The position numbers and the translations under genes were made by a program. A DNA stretch of 64,000 bases from Neovahlkampfia damariscottae (lineage: Eukaryota). Under the pieces are notes generated by a model. The model was not told the DNA's origin. It was given only the letters and a program-made list of their open reading frames with translations, and did no database searches. Positions 12,121 through 22,772 of this stretch are shown one piece after another. The DNA lies in contig JABLTG010000114.1 of NCBI GenBank assembly GCA_016618085.1, positions 1-64,000 on the forward strand, read 5' to 3'. Positions within the stretch are counted from its first letter, which is position 1; each line of letters begins with the position of its first letter.

Positions 12121-15100
12121 ATGAACGAAGAATCTTTAGAAAATCAAAAAAACCAAAAAATTAAAAAACCAAAACCAAAAAAGAAGGACAACTCCAAGAT
12201 TCAAGTTGATACTTCAAAAAATGAAACAAAGAAGGACGACGATAAAAATTTAATTGTTGATACTTCAAAAGTTTCAAAACCTAAACCTAAACCAAAATCA
12301 AAACCAAAACCAAAAAAAGACAACAAAGAAAAAGTTGATACTTTAAAAAATGAAAAGAAGGACAACAAAGAAAAAGTTGATACTTCATCTGACGTTAGTC
12401 AAATCGTTTCTGGAATTGTTTCTGATCTTGATTCTGTTAAAGAACAACAAAGAAAAGAAAAATTAAAACAAAAAAATAAAGCAAGAAAAGAAAAGAAAAA
12501 AGAAGCAAAAAAAGAAGCAAAAAAGAAAGAAGAAGAACAAAAAAAAATACCAACTGTTCAAAAAGGAAAAAAGAAATACGGTGCTTTTTCAAAGTTATCA
12601 TACAACACTGAAGAAATAATTGAAGAAGAAATTAAAAAAAAACCAAATGTATCTGATTTAACACAAGGACACTCTGGATTAACAGAAAAATTAATTTCGA
12701 CTCTTGTTGATGAAAGTTACGAATGCATGGTAAGAAAAAAAAAATTTAACATTTTCTTTTTCAAGATTTGTTGCTCATCTGTAAAGAAAAATTCTGCAAC
12801 ATGGAATTGTGAATGCTGTTCAGCTATATTTCATTTGTATTGTATCAAAAAATGGTACAAAGAAAATCAAACATCAGAAGCGGGTATTTTAGTTTGCCCG
12901 CAATGTAGAAATGAAACAAGAGGAATGCCAAATAAATACACATGTTTTTGTGGACAAACAAAAGATCCAGAAGGATCAGATTATTTGACTCCTCATTCAT
13001 GTGGAAATGTTTGCGGTAAAGAACGTAAAGAGACAAAGTGTCCACACAAATGGTAATTTATATTTTTTGACTAATTTGATTAAATAGTACACTTTTATGT
13101 CATCCTGGCGTATGTTTTAGGAAAGGAACTCTTGTTTTTATGTCTGATGGCAGTGTCAGAAAAATTGAAAACGTAAAAGTTGGAGATTTTGTACTTGGAC
13201 CTGATTCAACACCTCGTGAAGTTGTTCGTACAACATCTGGAACAGAAATAATGTACCGTATTACTCAAAAAACAAATCATGTAAAAGAAAAACTTGGAGG
13301 CATTGAATTTGACTGCACTCCACAACATTTACTTTGTTTGTTTACTTCTGTAAATCCTAACCAATATAATTCATCTATGGGAAAAAGAAATTTCACAGCA
13401 GTAGAATATAATAAATTAAATCATAATTTTAAGATTATGGAGAATAATGAAACAATCGATATGGTTTATAGACATAAAGAAATATTTTATCATGATGAAG
13501 AAGGAAAAGAAGAAGCAATCAAAAAAGGACATGATTTTTTCATGCAAATAGACACAAAACCGATTGAATGGATGGGTCAAGCACAGCATATTGATCATTA
13601 TTTAGTTGGAAAAGCACGTTCGTCAACATGCCAGAAATTTGCTCCAATATTAATTGAAAGAGACGATTTTAGAAAAACATGTGAAACATTTAAAATTAAT
13701 GAAAATAATGTGGAGAAAGTTGCTTGGCTTTTAGGTGTTTGGATTGGTGATAGATATTCCACCAGATCAATCATTTCAGTAAATATTGATGATAAAGATG
13801 AAATTGAAAGAATACAAGAATATACTGAATCTCTTGGATTAAATGCTTCAATGGAACCTTATCAAACTCCTATCCAAAAAAAATCTAATTCAAAAGGTGG
13901 AATAATTAAAATATACTCAGATGTTGAATCCAAGAAACTAGGTGTTGACAATTGCTTTTGGAATATTATTAAGTATTATGGAATGGGAACCTCTGGTTCT
14001 AAAATGATTCCAGATATATTCAAAACTCAAGAAATATCAATTAGAGAATGGTTATTAGCTGGTATTATAGATTCTGATGGATATGTAAACAAAGAAAAAA
14101 AGATGATGGTTGAAGTTTCCACAATCTATAAAAATATGTGTGATGAATTGATACTTTTGGGTAGATCTCTAGGAATTAAGGTCTCTGCTACTGTTCGTCA
14201 TGAACATGTTGACAAAATGGGGATAAAACACAAGAAATCATATAATGTGTATTTCAGTCCTTGTCTTTCTCTTTTCAATGTTTTATCAAAATGTTCCATT
14301 GAAAGAAAAAGAGTAGAAAAACCTGAAGAAGTGAATTATGATGATCAACTTTTTCATTTTACGATAGAAAAATTAAGGGAAAATAATGCTGAGCCATTAA
14401 AAAAAAAACAAAAAATTATTAATTTTGAAAAAAAAAATATTTGTGAATTGACAGATACTCAAATTCAAATAATTATGAAAGAGAATAGAAATTTTAATGA
14501 AAGTTTAAGAAAAATGGAAGAAAAATCAATAGAGTTAGGTTGTAAAATTTCTAATTCTGCCCTTTCTGAATATTTAAATGGAAATACATCGTCTAAAAAT
14601 GCTAGAGTATTTTGTTTGGAAATTATTCAAAGTAATTTTCACTTAATTTTGAATGATTCAAATGCACTTCAAGTATTGATTGATGAAAAAGATGAATACT
14701 TTGGGTTTTCTCTTTCAAAAAATACTGATGAATTATTTTTACTTGCAAATAATGCTATCGTGCACAACTGTCCTGAATGTCCAGCAAATAGAAAAATTAA
14801 TTGTTTTTGTGGAAAGAACAATTTCATTATTCGTTGTTCAGAAAAGATTGATTCAAAGAGTTGTGGAAAAATCTGCGGTAAAAAGTTAAACTGTGGTAAA
14901 CACTTTTGTCAATCAGTTTGTCATGAAGGAGATTGTGAAACATGTCAAATTAAATTTGAACAAACATGTTATTGTGGAAAAGAAAAAGGAGAAAAATACT
15001 GCTCTAATTCAATTATTCAAAAAGTTAATGGAGAAGATAGAACATTTTCATGTGCAAAAGTCTGTGGAAAAACATTATCCTGCGGAAATCATAAATGTGA

Positions 15101-16820
15101 ACTTCCTTGTCATCCAGGATCATGTCATGAATGTTATTTCTCAGTTTCAAATATTACAACTTGTTCATGTGGAAAAACTAAATTAGAAAAAGAAAGAAAA
15201 AGTTGTTTGGATCCAATTCCAACTTGTGGAAAAGATTGCAAGAAAAAATTGCCATGTGGAAAACATAAATGCTTAAAAAAATGTCATACAGGTGAATGTG
15301 GACATTGTATGGAAATGGTTGAATTATTATGTAGATGTGGAAGTTCATCATCAAAAATACCATGTTGTCTCACTTATTTAGAACCATCAGATCCATTTGC
15401 TTTAGAAATTAAAGAAAAGTATCAAATTTCATTTCCAATTATTTGTAACAAAATTTGTAACACAACAAAAAATTGTGTTAGACACAAATGTAAGATACAA
15501 TGCTGTCCATCAAAAAATCCAAATACTTTTGATGTTCAAGGAAATCATATTTGTCATTTAACTTGCGGAAGGAAATTAAATTGCGAAAAACATAAATGTG
15601 ATTTACCATGTCATGGATTAAGTTGTCCTCCTTGTGTAAATGTCATACGTCAAAGAATTTCATGTAAATGTGGAAAAACTCACTTAGAGCCTCCACAACA
15701 TTGTGGTACAAAATTACCACCTTGTCCATTTGAATGCTCAATTAAAAGAGAATGTGGACATGAACCAAAACATAATTGCCATCAAAAAGGCGAATGTCCA
15801 CCTTGTGTTGAATTAACAGATAAAATGTGTTCAGGTGGGCACACAGAAGTTCAAGTACCATGTTGTACAACTCAAATTTCATGCGGTAGATCATGTGATA
15901 AAGCACTTGGATGCGGATTACACAATTGTAGTAGAATATGTCATTTTGGAACATGTATTGGAAGTGATTCAATGGCAAAAGAAAAAGGATGTGGTCAAAA
16001 ATGTGGAAAATCATTACCATGTCAACATCTTTGTATTGAACCTTGTCATCCTTTACAATCTGAATGTAATCAAAATTGTAATCAAAAAGTTAAAATTTCA
16101 TGTGAATGTAGACATTTAACAGAAGTAGTTGATTGTGAAAGTGCAAGAGCTTTAGTTGCATCAAGATATCCAGATATTAAATATTCAGCTTTAGCTTATC
16201 CACCATTAATTGATTGCAATAGTGAATGTAGATTATTAGCTAGAAATAAGAAATTAGCAGAAGCCTTTAATATTGATTTAGTTAAACATGATCTTCCTGC
16301 TTATTCAAGATTTTTAATTAGTTATTCAAAGAGAAATCCATCATTTTTAGAAGAAATTGAAAATATCTTTGCTGACTTTTTAAAAGATTCAACAACAGCT
16401 AGATATGCATTCTCTCCAATGTCTTCAGATAAAAGATCATTCATTTGGGAGTTATCAGTATTTTATCATTTTGAATATTCATCAGTTGATAAAAAACCAT
16501 ACAAATCTTCAGTTATTGTTAAAAATCAAAAATCAAAAATTCCAGCCATCAGATTGTCTATTATTTTACAAGATTCGTCAAAGATGAAAATTTTAGAAGA
16601 AAAATTAGAAACACTTGAAATTCAAGAAGAAAAAAGAAAAGAGCATCAACCAAATACTTATTATAAAAAACCATCAAAAGAAGTTACTGATGATGATGAA
16701 TGGAATGAAAACACAATGCAAACTGTTGAAGATATTTCATTTGGTCCAAAACCAACAAAGAAATTATCAAAGGAATCTGTTAAGAGTAAAAATATTTGGG
16801 ATAATTTAGTTGATGAATAA
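12121..16820 (+). CDS. NFX1: NF-X1-type zinc-finger RING E3 ligase (NFX1/NFXL1/Fap1 family) with R3H-like domain; contains an in-frame intein
   Basis: RING YECM|ICC...FHLYCIKKW...CPQCR; YTCFCG...PHSCGNVC; many CGxHxCxxxCHxGxCxxC fingers; C-terminal R3H-like region; introns 12730-12765 and 13053-13087. Confidence 0.9.
13113..14768 (+). mobile_element. Class 1 intein (Hint domain + LAGLIDADG homing endonuclease), VMA1/PI-SceI-like, 552 aa
   Basis: Block A CFRKGTLVFMSDGS; block B CTPQH; LAGLIDADG helices WLLGVWIGDR and WLLAGIIDSDG; blocks F/G EYFGFSL...FLLANNAIVHN followed by Cys+1; excision restores the finger CPHKCTLLCHPGV-CPEC. Confidence 0.96.
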
Positions 16821-16928
16821 TTCCAATATTAGAGAAAATAAATTTTTTAAATACAAATTTTGATGTTTATTTTTTTGTCCAATCAGATCAACCTTCTAAT
16901 CCAAAACAAACAACAGGTTCACAAAAAA

Positions 16929-17216
16929 ATGGTTAAACAAAATGATACAGATAAATTGATTAAAAAATGTTTAGAAAAAAAACAATTAAACATGAAAGAA
17001 TTCGCAATTCTTCCAAACGTTATTAAAAGACAACAAAGAAAAATGGAAAAAAGACATTTACAAAAAGTTCCAGTTGAAGTTATTGAAGCAGAACTCAGTG
17101 CTTTAAAAAAAGCTCTTCAAGAAAAAAATGTTCACTATGTACCTGTTCCACCAAAATATAGACCAAAAAAAACAATTGTCAAAGCTAAAAAAAGAAGACT
17201 TCAATGTAAACCATAA
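16929..17216 (+). CDS. Small basic hypothetical protein
   Basis: ATG after an A-run and CCAAT box; 95-aa Lys/Arg-rich ORF. Confidence 0.55.
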   Translation: MVKQNDTDKLIKKCLEKKQLNMKEFAILPNVIKRQQRKMEKRHLQKVPVEVIEAELSALKKALQEKNVHYVPVPPKYRPKKTIVKAKKRRLQCKP

Positions 17217-17319
17217 AATTTTATTTGTTGATAAAAGAATTGTATCTTTTTTTGAATTCTTGTGGTTTTCATTTTTTTAAAAGTTTTTTAAATCAACAGT
17301 CAACTTAAAGTGACAAACC

Positions 17320-17421
17320 ACATTATCCTGAGGAAATATAAATGTGAACATGTATGAGTTCCTTGTCATCCATGATCATGTCATGAATGTTATTTCTCAG
17401 TTTCAAATATTACAACTTGTT
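17320..17421 (+). repeat. Decayed copy of NFX1 coding segment 15072-15165
   Basis: Colinear match with 2 substitutions, a 1-nt deletion and a 9-nt insertion. Confidence 0.9.
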
Positions 17422-17500
17422 TTGTTCAGAAAAAAAAAAATAAATGTGTTTAAAATCAACCAATAAAAACGTTGAACAATTCGCGCCAATTACAAATAGT

Positions 17501-18439
17501 ATGAGTGAAGAAGAGTTCATTACAGACGAACAAGAATTCAATGAAAAAGAATCTTTAAAAGAAGCTTTAGAACTTGCAAAAGAAAAAAAATATCAAGAAG
17601 CATCAGATATTTTTGGAGAAATTTCAGAATACAGAAGCGTAAAATATGGTGAAGAATCAGTTGAAGTAGCAGATATTTATTATTTATATGGTGATTCTCT
17701 TTTATCACATGCTTTATCAAGTGATGTACTTTTTAATAAATTGAATGAAGGCTTGGAAAAAAAAATAGAAAACAAATCATCAACAATTTTGAATGTTGAA
17801 AATAATTTAGATGATGATTTAGACACATGTTGGAGATGTTTAGAATTATCAAGATTGATTTATCTTCGAGAATTTGAAAAAACAATGACTCCTTTACAAA
17901 GAAAAAACCTTGAACAAAAGTTATTTCTTGTTATCTTAAGAATTGGTGAATTTTTAGTTGAACAAGATGAGTTTAAAGAAGCTATAAAAGAATATGAAAG
18001 TTGTTTAAAATACACAAATGACCAAAATGATATTGCTGATATGTAAGTTAAACATTTAACATTTTTTAACACAGTTTCTTTATTAAGACATGTTCAGATA
18101 TCTATGAGTTATATGTATCTTCATCAAAATAAAAAAGGTATAGAACATTATGAAAAAGCACAAGAAGCTCTTCAAAAAAAAAAATCAACACTTGAAACAC
18201 AATTAAAAACAACAAGTGAAATTTTGACAGATTTATCAGAACGTTTAATTGAAATGAAAGAAGATTCAATCATTCAAGAAGAAAAAGAAAAAAAAGAAAA
18301 AGAAGAAGAAGAAAAAAAAAAAGAAATTGAAAATTCGGGTTCTGTAAATGTATTGGTTCCAAGAAGAAAAGAAAAAAAACGTAAAGTTGATGAAATTGAA
18401 TCAAATCAACAAGAATCAAAAAAATCAAAAGTTGAATAA
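17501..18439 (+). CDS. NASP/Sim3-like TPR histone chaperone
   Basis: YGEESVEVADIYYLYGDSLL, DDLDTCWRCLELSRLIY, VNVLVPRRKEKKRK; one intron. Confidence 0.8.
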
Positions 18440-18443
18440 ACTT

Positions 18444-19048
18444 TTAATTTCCAAATTTGTGTCCAAAACTGTTTTCATTATTTTGTAATAAATTTGCAAG
18501 TTTTTCAGGTTTGATGAATCTACCTTTATATCTTGGTCTTTCACCTGCTAATTCTTGACGTCTTTCATATCTTACAATTTTTGAATAATTTCTATTTCTT
18601 CTTTTAAGTAGATATTTTTGAATGGCCCTTTTTTTTTGATTTTTTGAAAAAGGAGTAAAGTTCATTTGAATTTTACAACTTGTTTCAAATGAAGTTAATT
18701 TCTTTTTTAATGTACAATCTTTTGCATTTGATGATTTCTTTGCTTTGGATTTTGGTTTTGACTTTGGAATTGACTTTGAAGAAAAGTTTGATTCGAATCT
18801 ATTCAAAGGTTCAATTTGAATGTAAAATTTTGAGTTCAAATCTATTGGTGGTTCATTGTTTATTTCTTCATCTTTCTGTGAAGTTGTATTTTTAAATTTG
18901 ATTTGATTCTTACGTTAGAAAAGAAATAATTTTGATTAAAATTCAAAGTGAAATTTGAGTCTTCAAAAATGGTTTGAAGTTCTTGAGGTTGGTAATTAAT
19001 AAATTGACTATTTTCTTCAAAGTTATCTGAGCTATCAATTCTAATCAT
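18444..19048 (-). CDS. CCT-motif protein (start approximate)
   Basis: RAIQKYLLKRRNRNYSKIVRYERRQELAGERPRYKGRFIK. Confidence 0.8.
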
Positions 19049-19241
19049 TTTTTTATCTTGTTTTCTGTGATGGAGAATTCAATTCAGCATTTATAATTAG
19101 AATACATAACTAAATTAAGAAACACCATTTTTTGTGGTTGAGATTTCAGTTGTTTTTTTTTTTTATAGATGATGTTTTTATTGGTGGAAAAATAAATGTT
19201 TTAAAAACAAAATAAATTTTTGATTTATTTTTATTTTTCGT

Positions 19242-19546
19242 TTAGTTTTTTTCTGGATCATAATCTGCGTTTTCTAAAGTTATAACTTCATCTTTGTGCA
19301 TTGGATACATTAAAAACATTTGGTTGTAAGAAATCGCTTTTTTTCCTTTCAAAACCTTTGAATTAAATTAAAAATGAGTTAATTATTTTTTACTTTAAGC
19401 ATAGCTCCAACTGTGTCACAATGATGTTTTTCACCTTCTTCTACAACAACATGGTAAGTAGCTTTTCCACCATTATCTTTTAAACATTGGATGATCCATT
19501 TTTGATGAGCCACTGAGAGTTTTTTTGCTTCGTCCGCGTCTGACAT
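19242..19546 (-). CDS. Costars/ABRACL-like small protein
   Basis: Spliced product ...DTVGAMLKVLKGKKAISYNQMFLMYPMHKDEVITL resembles the Costars C-terminus. Confidence 0.55.
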
Positions 19547-19687
19547 GTTTTTGTTAAATATTTTTGATTGGTTTATTATTTTAATCCAATTGAAATAAAG
19601 AGAATCTGAGACCATTTCATTTTTGTTCTGAAATGAACACAGTAAAGATTAACTTTTCTTAGTTTTCCCTTCCTTTTGATTGGACAG

Positions 19688-20892
19688 ATGTCAAAAATAT
19701 TTGCTTTCTTCATTACTGACCATGGATTCGGCCACGCAAGTCGTTCTTGTTCTATTCTGAAAGAGCTTGTTAAAGAAGAAAATGTTAGGATTACAATTGT
19801 AACTTCAATTCCACAAACTTTTATTGAAGAGAAATTTGAAGAAAAATATTTAGAAAAATTAGATTTTTTACATTATAAAGTGGATGTGGGTGTTTATCAA
19901 ACCTCTTCTGTTGAAATTGATATTAAAAAAACTTTGTCTGAACTTGAAAATTTTTGGAATTCTATGAAAGAAAAAATAGAAAAAATTTGTTGTGATTTGA
20001 AGGAAAGAAATTGTGAAAAAATTATTTTTGATGTAACACCAATTGCTTGTGAAGTAGGTAATATATTAGGTTTAAAATCAGTTGGTATCTCAAATTTCAC
20101 ATGGGATTGGATATATCATGATTACATTGAAGATGAAAAAACATTTGAAAAATTCATCAAATTAAATTTGGAATTTTATCAAAAAGCTGATTATTTCATT
20201 AAGTTACCATATTTTGTATCAAAAGAAACGTTTAAACCTGAAAAAACGAAACTTTTTCAAGTTGATTGGTAAAAAAAAAAAGATATTAATTTCTACTTTA
20301 AAGGTTTGCAGAGTCACCAAAAAAATCAAAAAAAGAAATATTGAATTTATTGTTAAATGATAAATTTTATTCAAAAAAAGTTTTATTTTTTTCATTTGGT
20401 GGACATTCGAATGTTGATATTATCAAGAAATTATCAAACTTTGAAAATGTTCCAGATGATTGGATTTTGACATTTGTGTTAATGAATAAGACTCAAATGA
20501 ATAAAATAGACAAAAAAATTATTGAAAATGAAAAAATCATAATTTTGAATGAACATGAATTGACCAATCAATTTGGAATTCAATATATTGATTTATTTTC
20601 CCTTGCAGATGTCATTGCAGGAAAAACGGGATACACTACTGTATCTGAAGTCATTGTTAACAACTTAAACTTCTTGTACACTGAAAGAGGGAAATTTAGA
20701 GAACAAGATGTGTTGATGAAAGCATTGGAAGAAAACTCAAACTCAACAAAAATTGAAATTGAAGATATTTACAACTTAACAACAAATTTATTTTTAAAAT
20801 CAAATAAATTGTTGAAAAATCAAAAAAGAGAATCAAAAACATCCTATCAAGGAGACAAAGAAATTTCCAAAATATTGTTAAATGAAATTTGA
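19688..20892 (+). CDS. GT-B glycosyltransferase-like protein (L-arabinokinase N-terminal-like)
   Basis: FITDHGFGHASRS, SNFTWDWIY, FSFGG, DVIAGKTGYTTVSE, RGKFREQDVL; one intron. Confidence 0.8.
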
Positions 20893-20903
20893 AGTCATTT
20901 GTA

Positions 20904-21836
20904 TTAAAATTTTATTGTAAAGACAAAAAAACCATTTAAATTATTATAATAATGAGCAATTGCAACACTTGTTATTTTTGCATTTGGTCTTTGATCTCTG
21001 TAGACAATATGATAATCATCAAGATCATACAAAACGTTTTCATTTCCATTGTATCTCTTCGCATAAACCATATTACCACAAGACCAAGTGACAATGTTTT
21101 CCTTTTTAATAATTCCAACATCAATATTATTCACCTCACAATCATGATTGAATTTTGAAAAATATTTCACAAAAGAACCTTTATAATCTGTGAATGCAAT
21201 CACATTTTCATTTCCATTCTTAAATGAAAAGAATACTAAACCATTCTTATGAAGACCTAATGATGTAATTTTTCCAATTGAAATTGGATTTAAAATAATT
21301 TCACGATGTCCATCTTGAGTCATTGACTTAATTGAGCAGATATCATTCTCTTTGATATCACATGTTGCAATGTAAATCCTTTTAATGTATGTTTTGATTT
21401 GTATTATTTTTACATTCTTTGGTACTGTGTGTATTTTTCTAATGGTTCTAATTGATCTCCATTTCTTTGTCCAGACACTGAAAATTTCATTTTCATTTGA
21501 AATTAAGGTTTTATATATATCATGATGTCTTGTGTTGTAGTATGGATTTTGAATATGATCAACTAAACTTAAACTTGAGAACTTTGGTTCATTGGATGAT
21601 TTTTTTGGAATTGTCAATGTAAAAAGCTTATTTTCTTGTGTCCATTGAATATAAGGATCGAATTTTACATACACTGGGTTTGTTGTTGAAAGTTGTATTC
21701 TTGAGTTGACATTTACTCCATTTATAATTTTTAATTTTTCTAATTTATTATTATCAAATTTACAGATTTCTAGAGTTTTTGTTTGACAAAAAGTACAAAT
21801 TATATAAGATAAAATTAAAAATAAAATCGTTTTCAT
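20904..21836 (-). CDS. Secreted hypothetical protein
   Basis: Signal peptide MKTILFLILSYIICTFC; beta-rich 310-aa ORF. Confidence 0.6.
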   Translation of the reverse strand: MKTILFLILSYIICTFCQTKTLEICKFDNNKLEKLKIINGVNVNSRIQLSTTNPVYVKFDPYIQWTQENKLFTLTIPKKSSNEPKFSSLSLVDHIQNPYYNTRHHDIYKTLISNENEIFSVWTKKWRSIRTIRKIHTVPKNVKIIQIKTYIKRIYIATCDIKENDICSIKSMTQDGHREIILNPISIGKITSLGLHKNGLVFFSFKNGNENVIAFTDYKGSFVKYFSKFNHDCEVNNIDVGIIKKENIVTWSCGNMVYAKRYNGNENVLYDLDDYHIVYRDQRPNAKITSVAIAHYYNNLNGFFVFTIKF

Positions 21837-21954
21837 CAATGACAATCGGTTACTTCCACTAAAAAAAGAGATTGACCAATGAAATAAATCAGAAGGTTTA
21901 AAGTCCAAGAAAATAAAATTTTAATTTTACTCTTTTAAAATACAAAATGAATGT

Positions 21955-22458
21955 TTAAATGTTTTTTTTTTGACAAATTTTTTTAAAACATTCAAGTCTA
22001 TTTCCTTTAAAATTAATTGATTCAATATTGATTGAAGTGAAATAAGCAATTGAATCATCATCAATTAATTTAAGTTCAAAATTGCGATGAATAAATGAGC
22101 ACCTTTTTTTTTTAAAAGTATGGTGTGTTTGGAATTATTTATACCTTGATCCATATTCGCATGGAATTCCTGATTCATATTCACGACATAAAATAGTTCT
22201 ATGATTTTCTGGAATTTCTTTGTCTCTTAATTCTTCTTGACCATGGGCAAATTGACAAAATTTTCCGTATTTACAGCTCTTTGTTGCCATCCAAGAACGA
22301 CAAATTTGACTTTTGAAAAGTGATTCTTTCAATGATTCTCTGATTTGGTGCTCTTTTTTGATTTCGATGATTTCTTCAGAAGCAAGGCGTTTTGGAATGT
22401 TTCTAAAAGGAACAGTGCCATTTGGTTGGAAGTTTTTTTTATTTTCCTTCCCAGACAT
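21955..22458 (-). CDS. Tandem CCCH zinc-finger protein (TIS11/ZFP36 family)
   Basis: FKSQICRSWMATKSCKYGKFCQFAHG and HRTILCREYESGIPCEYGSR|CSFIH; C-terminal RLECFKKI. Confidence 0.85.
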
Positions 22459-22772
22459 CACTTCCTTTGTAAAACCAAAAATCCAAAATATAAATTACCG
22501 CCAAAAATAAGCGAAATATTTCAAACCTGAATTTATAGGTCCAGTTTCGTCAAATCAAAAGTGATTAAAATTATTTTCCAGCAATTTTTTGAAAAATTAG
22601 AAAAAAAAATAAATTGTAATCTTCAACAAATTCATCAACAGATGGAGTGGTAAAGTATCAGTTCGTGTCGCCTTTTAGCCATCGTCGTTTTTTATTCCAA
22701 ACTACTTCTTCAAAAATGACCAGTAATTGGATGGATTGAATCAACCAATCAGACAATAATAATTTTTATCAG

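Noticed and set aside
13140..14768. Free-standing HO-like endonuclease gene or Hedgehog-type Hint protein starting at ATG 13140
   Set aside because: The frame extends upstream to Cys 13113 and the insert is flanked by two halves of one NF-X1 finger with an intact HN|C end, so it is an intein
22640..22690. GC-richer stretch with gccttttag resembling the U5/U2 snRNA motifs
   Set aside because: U5 loop 1 needs GCCUUUUAC and no supporting stem was found; could be a minus-strand uORF or UTR
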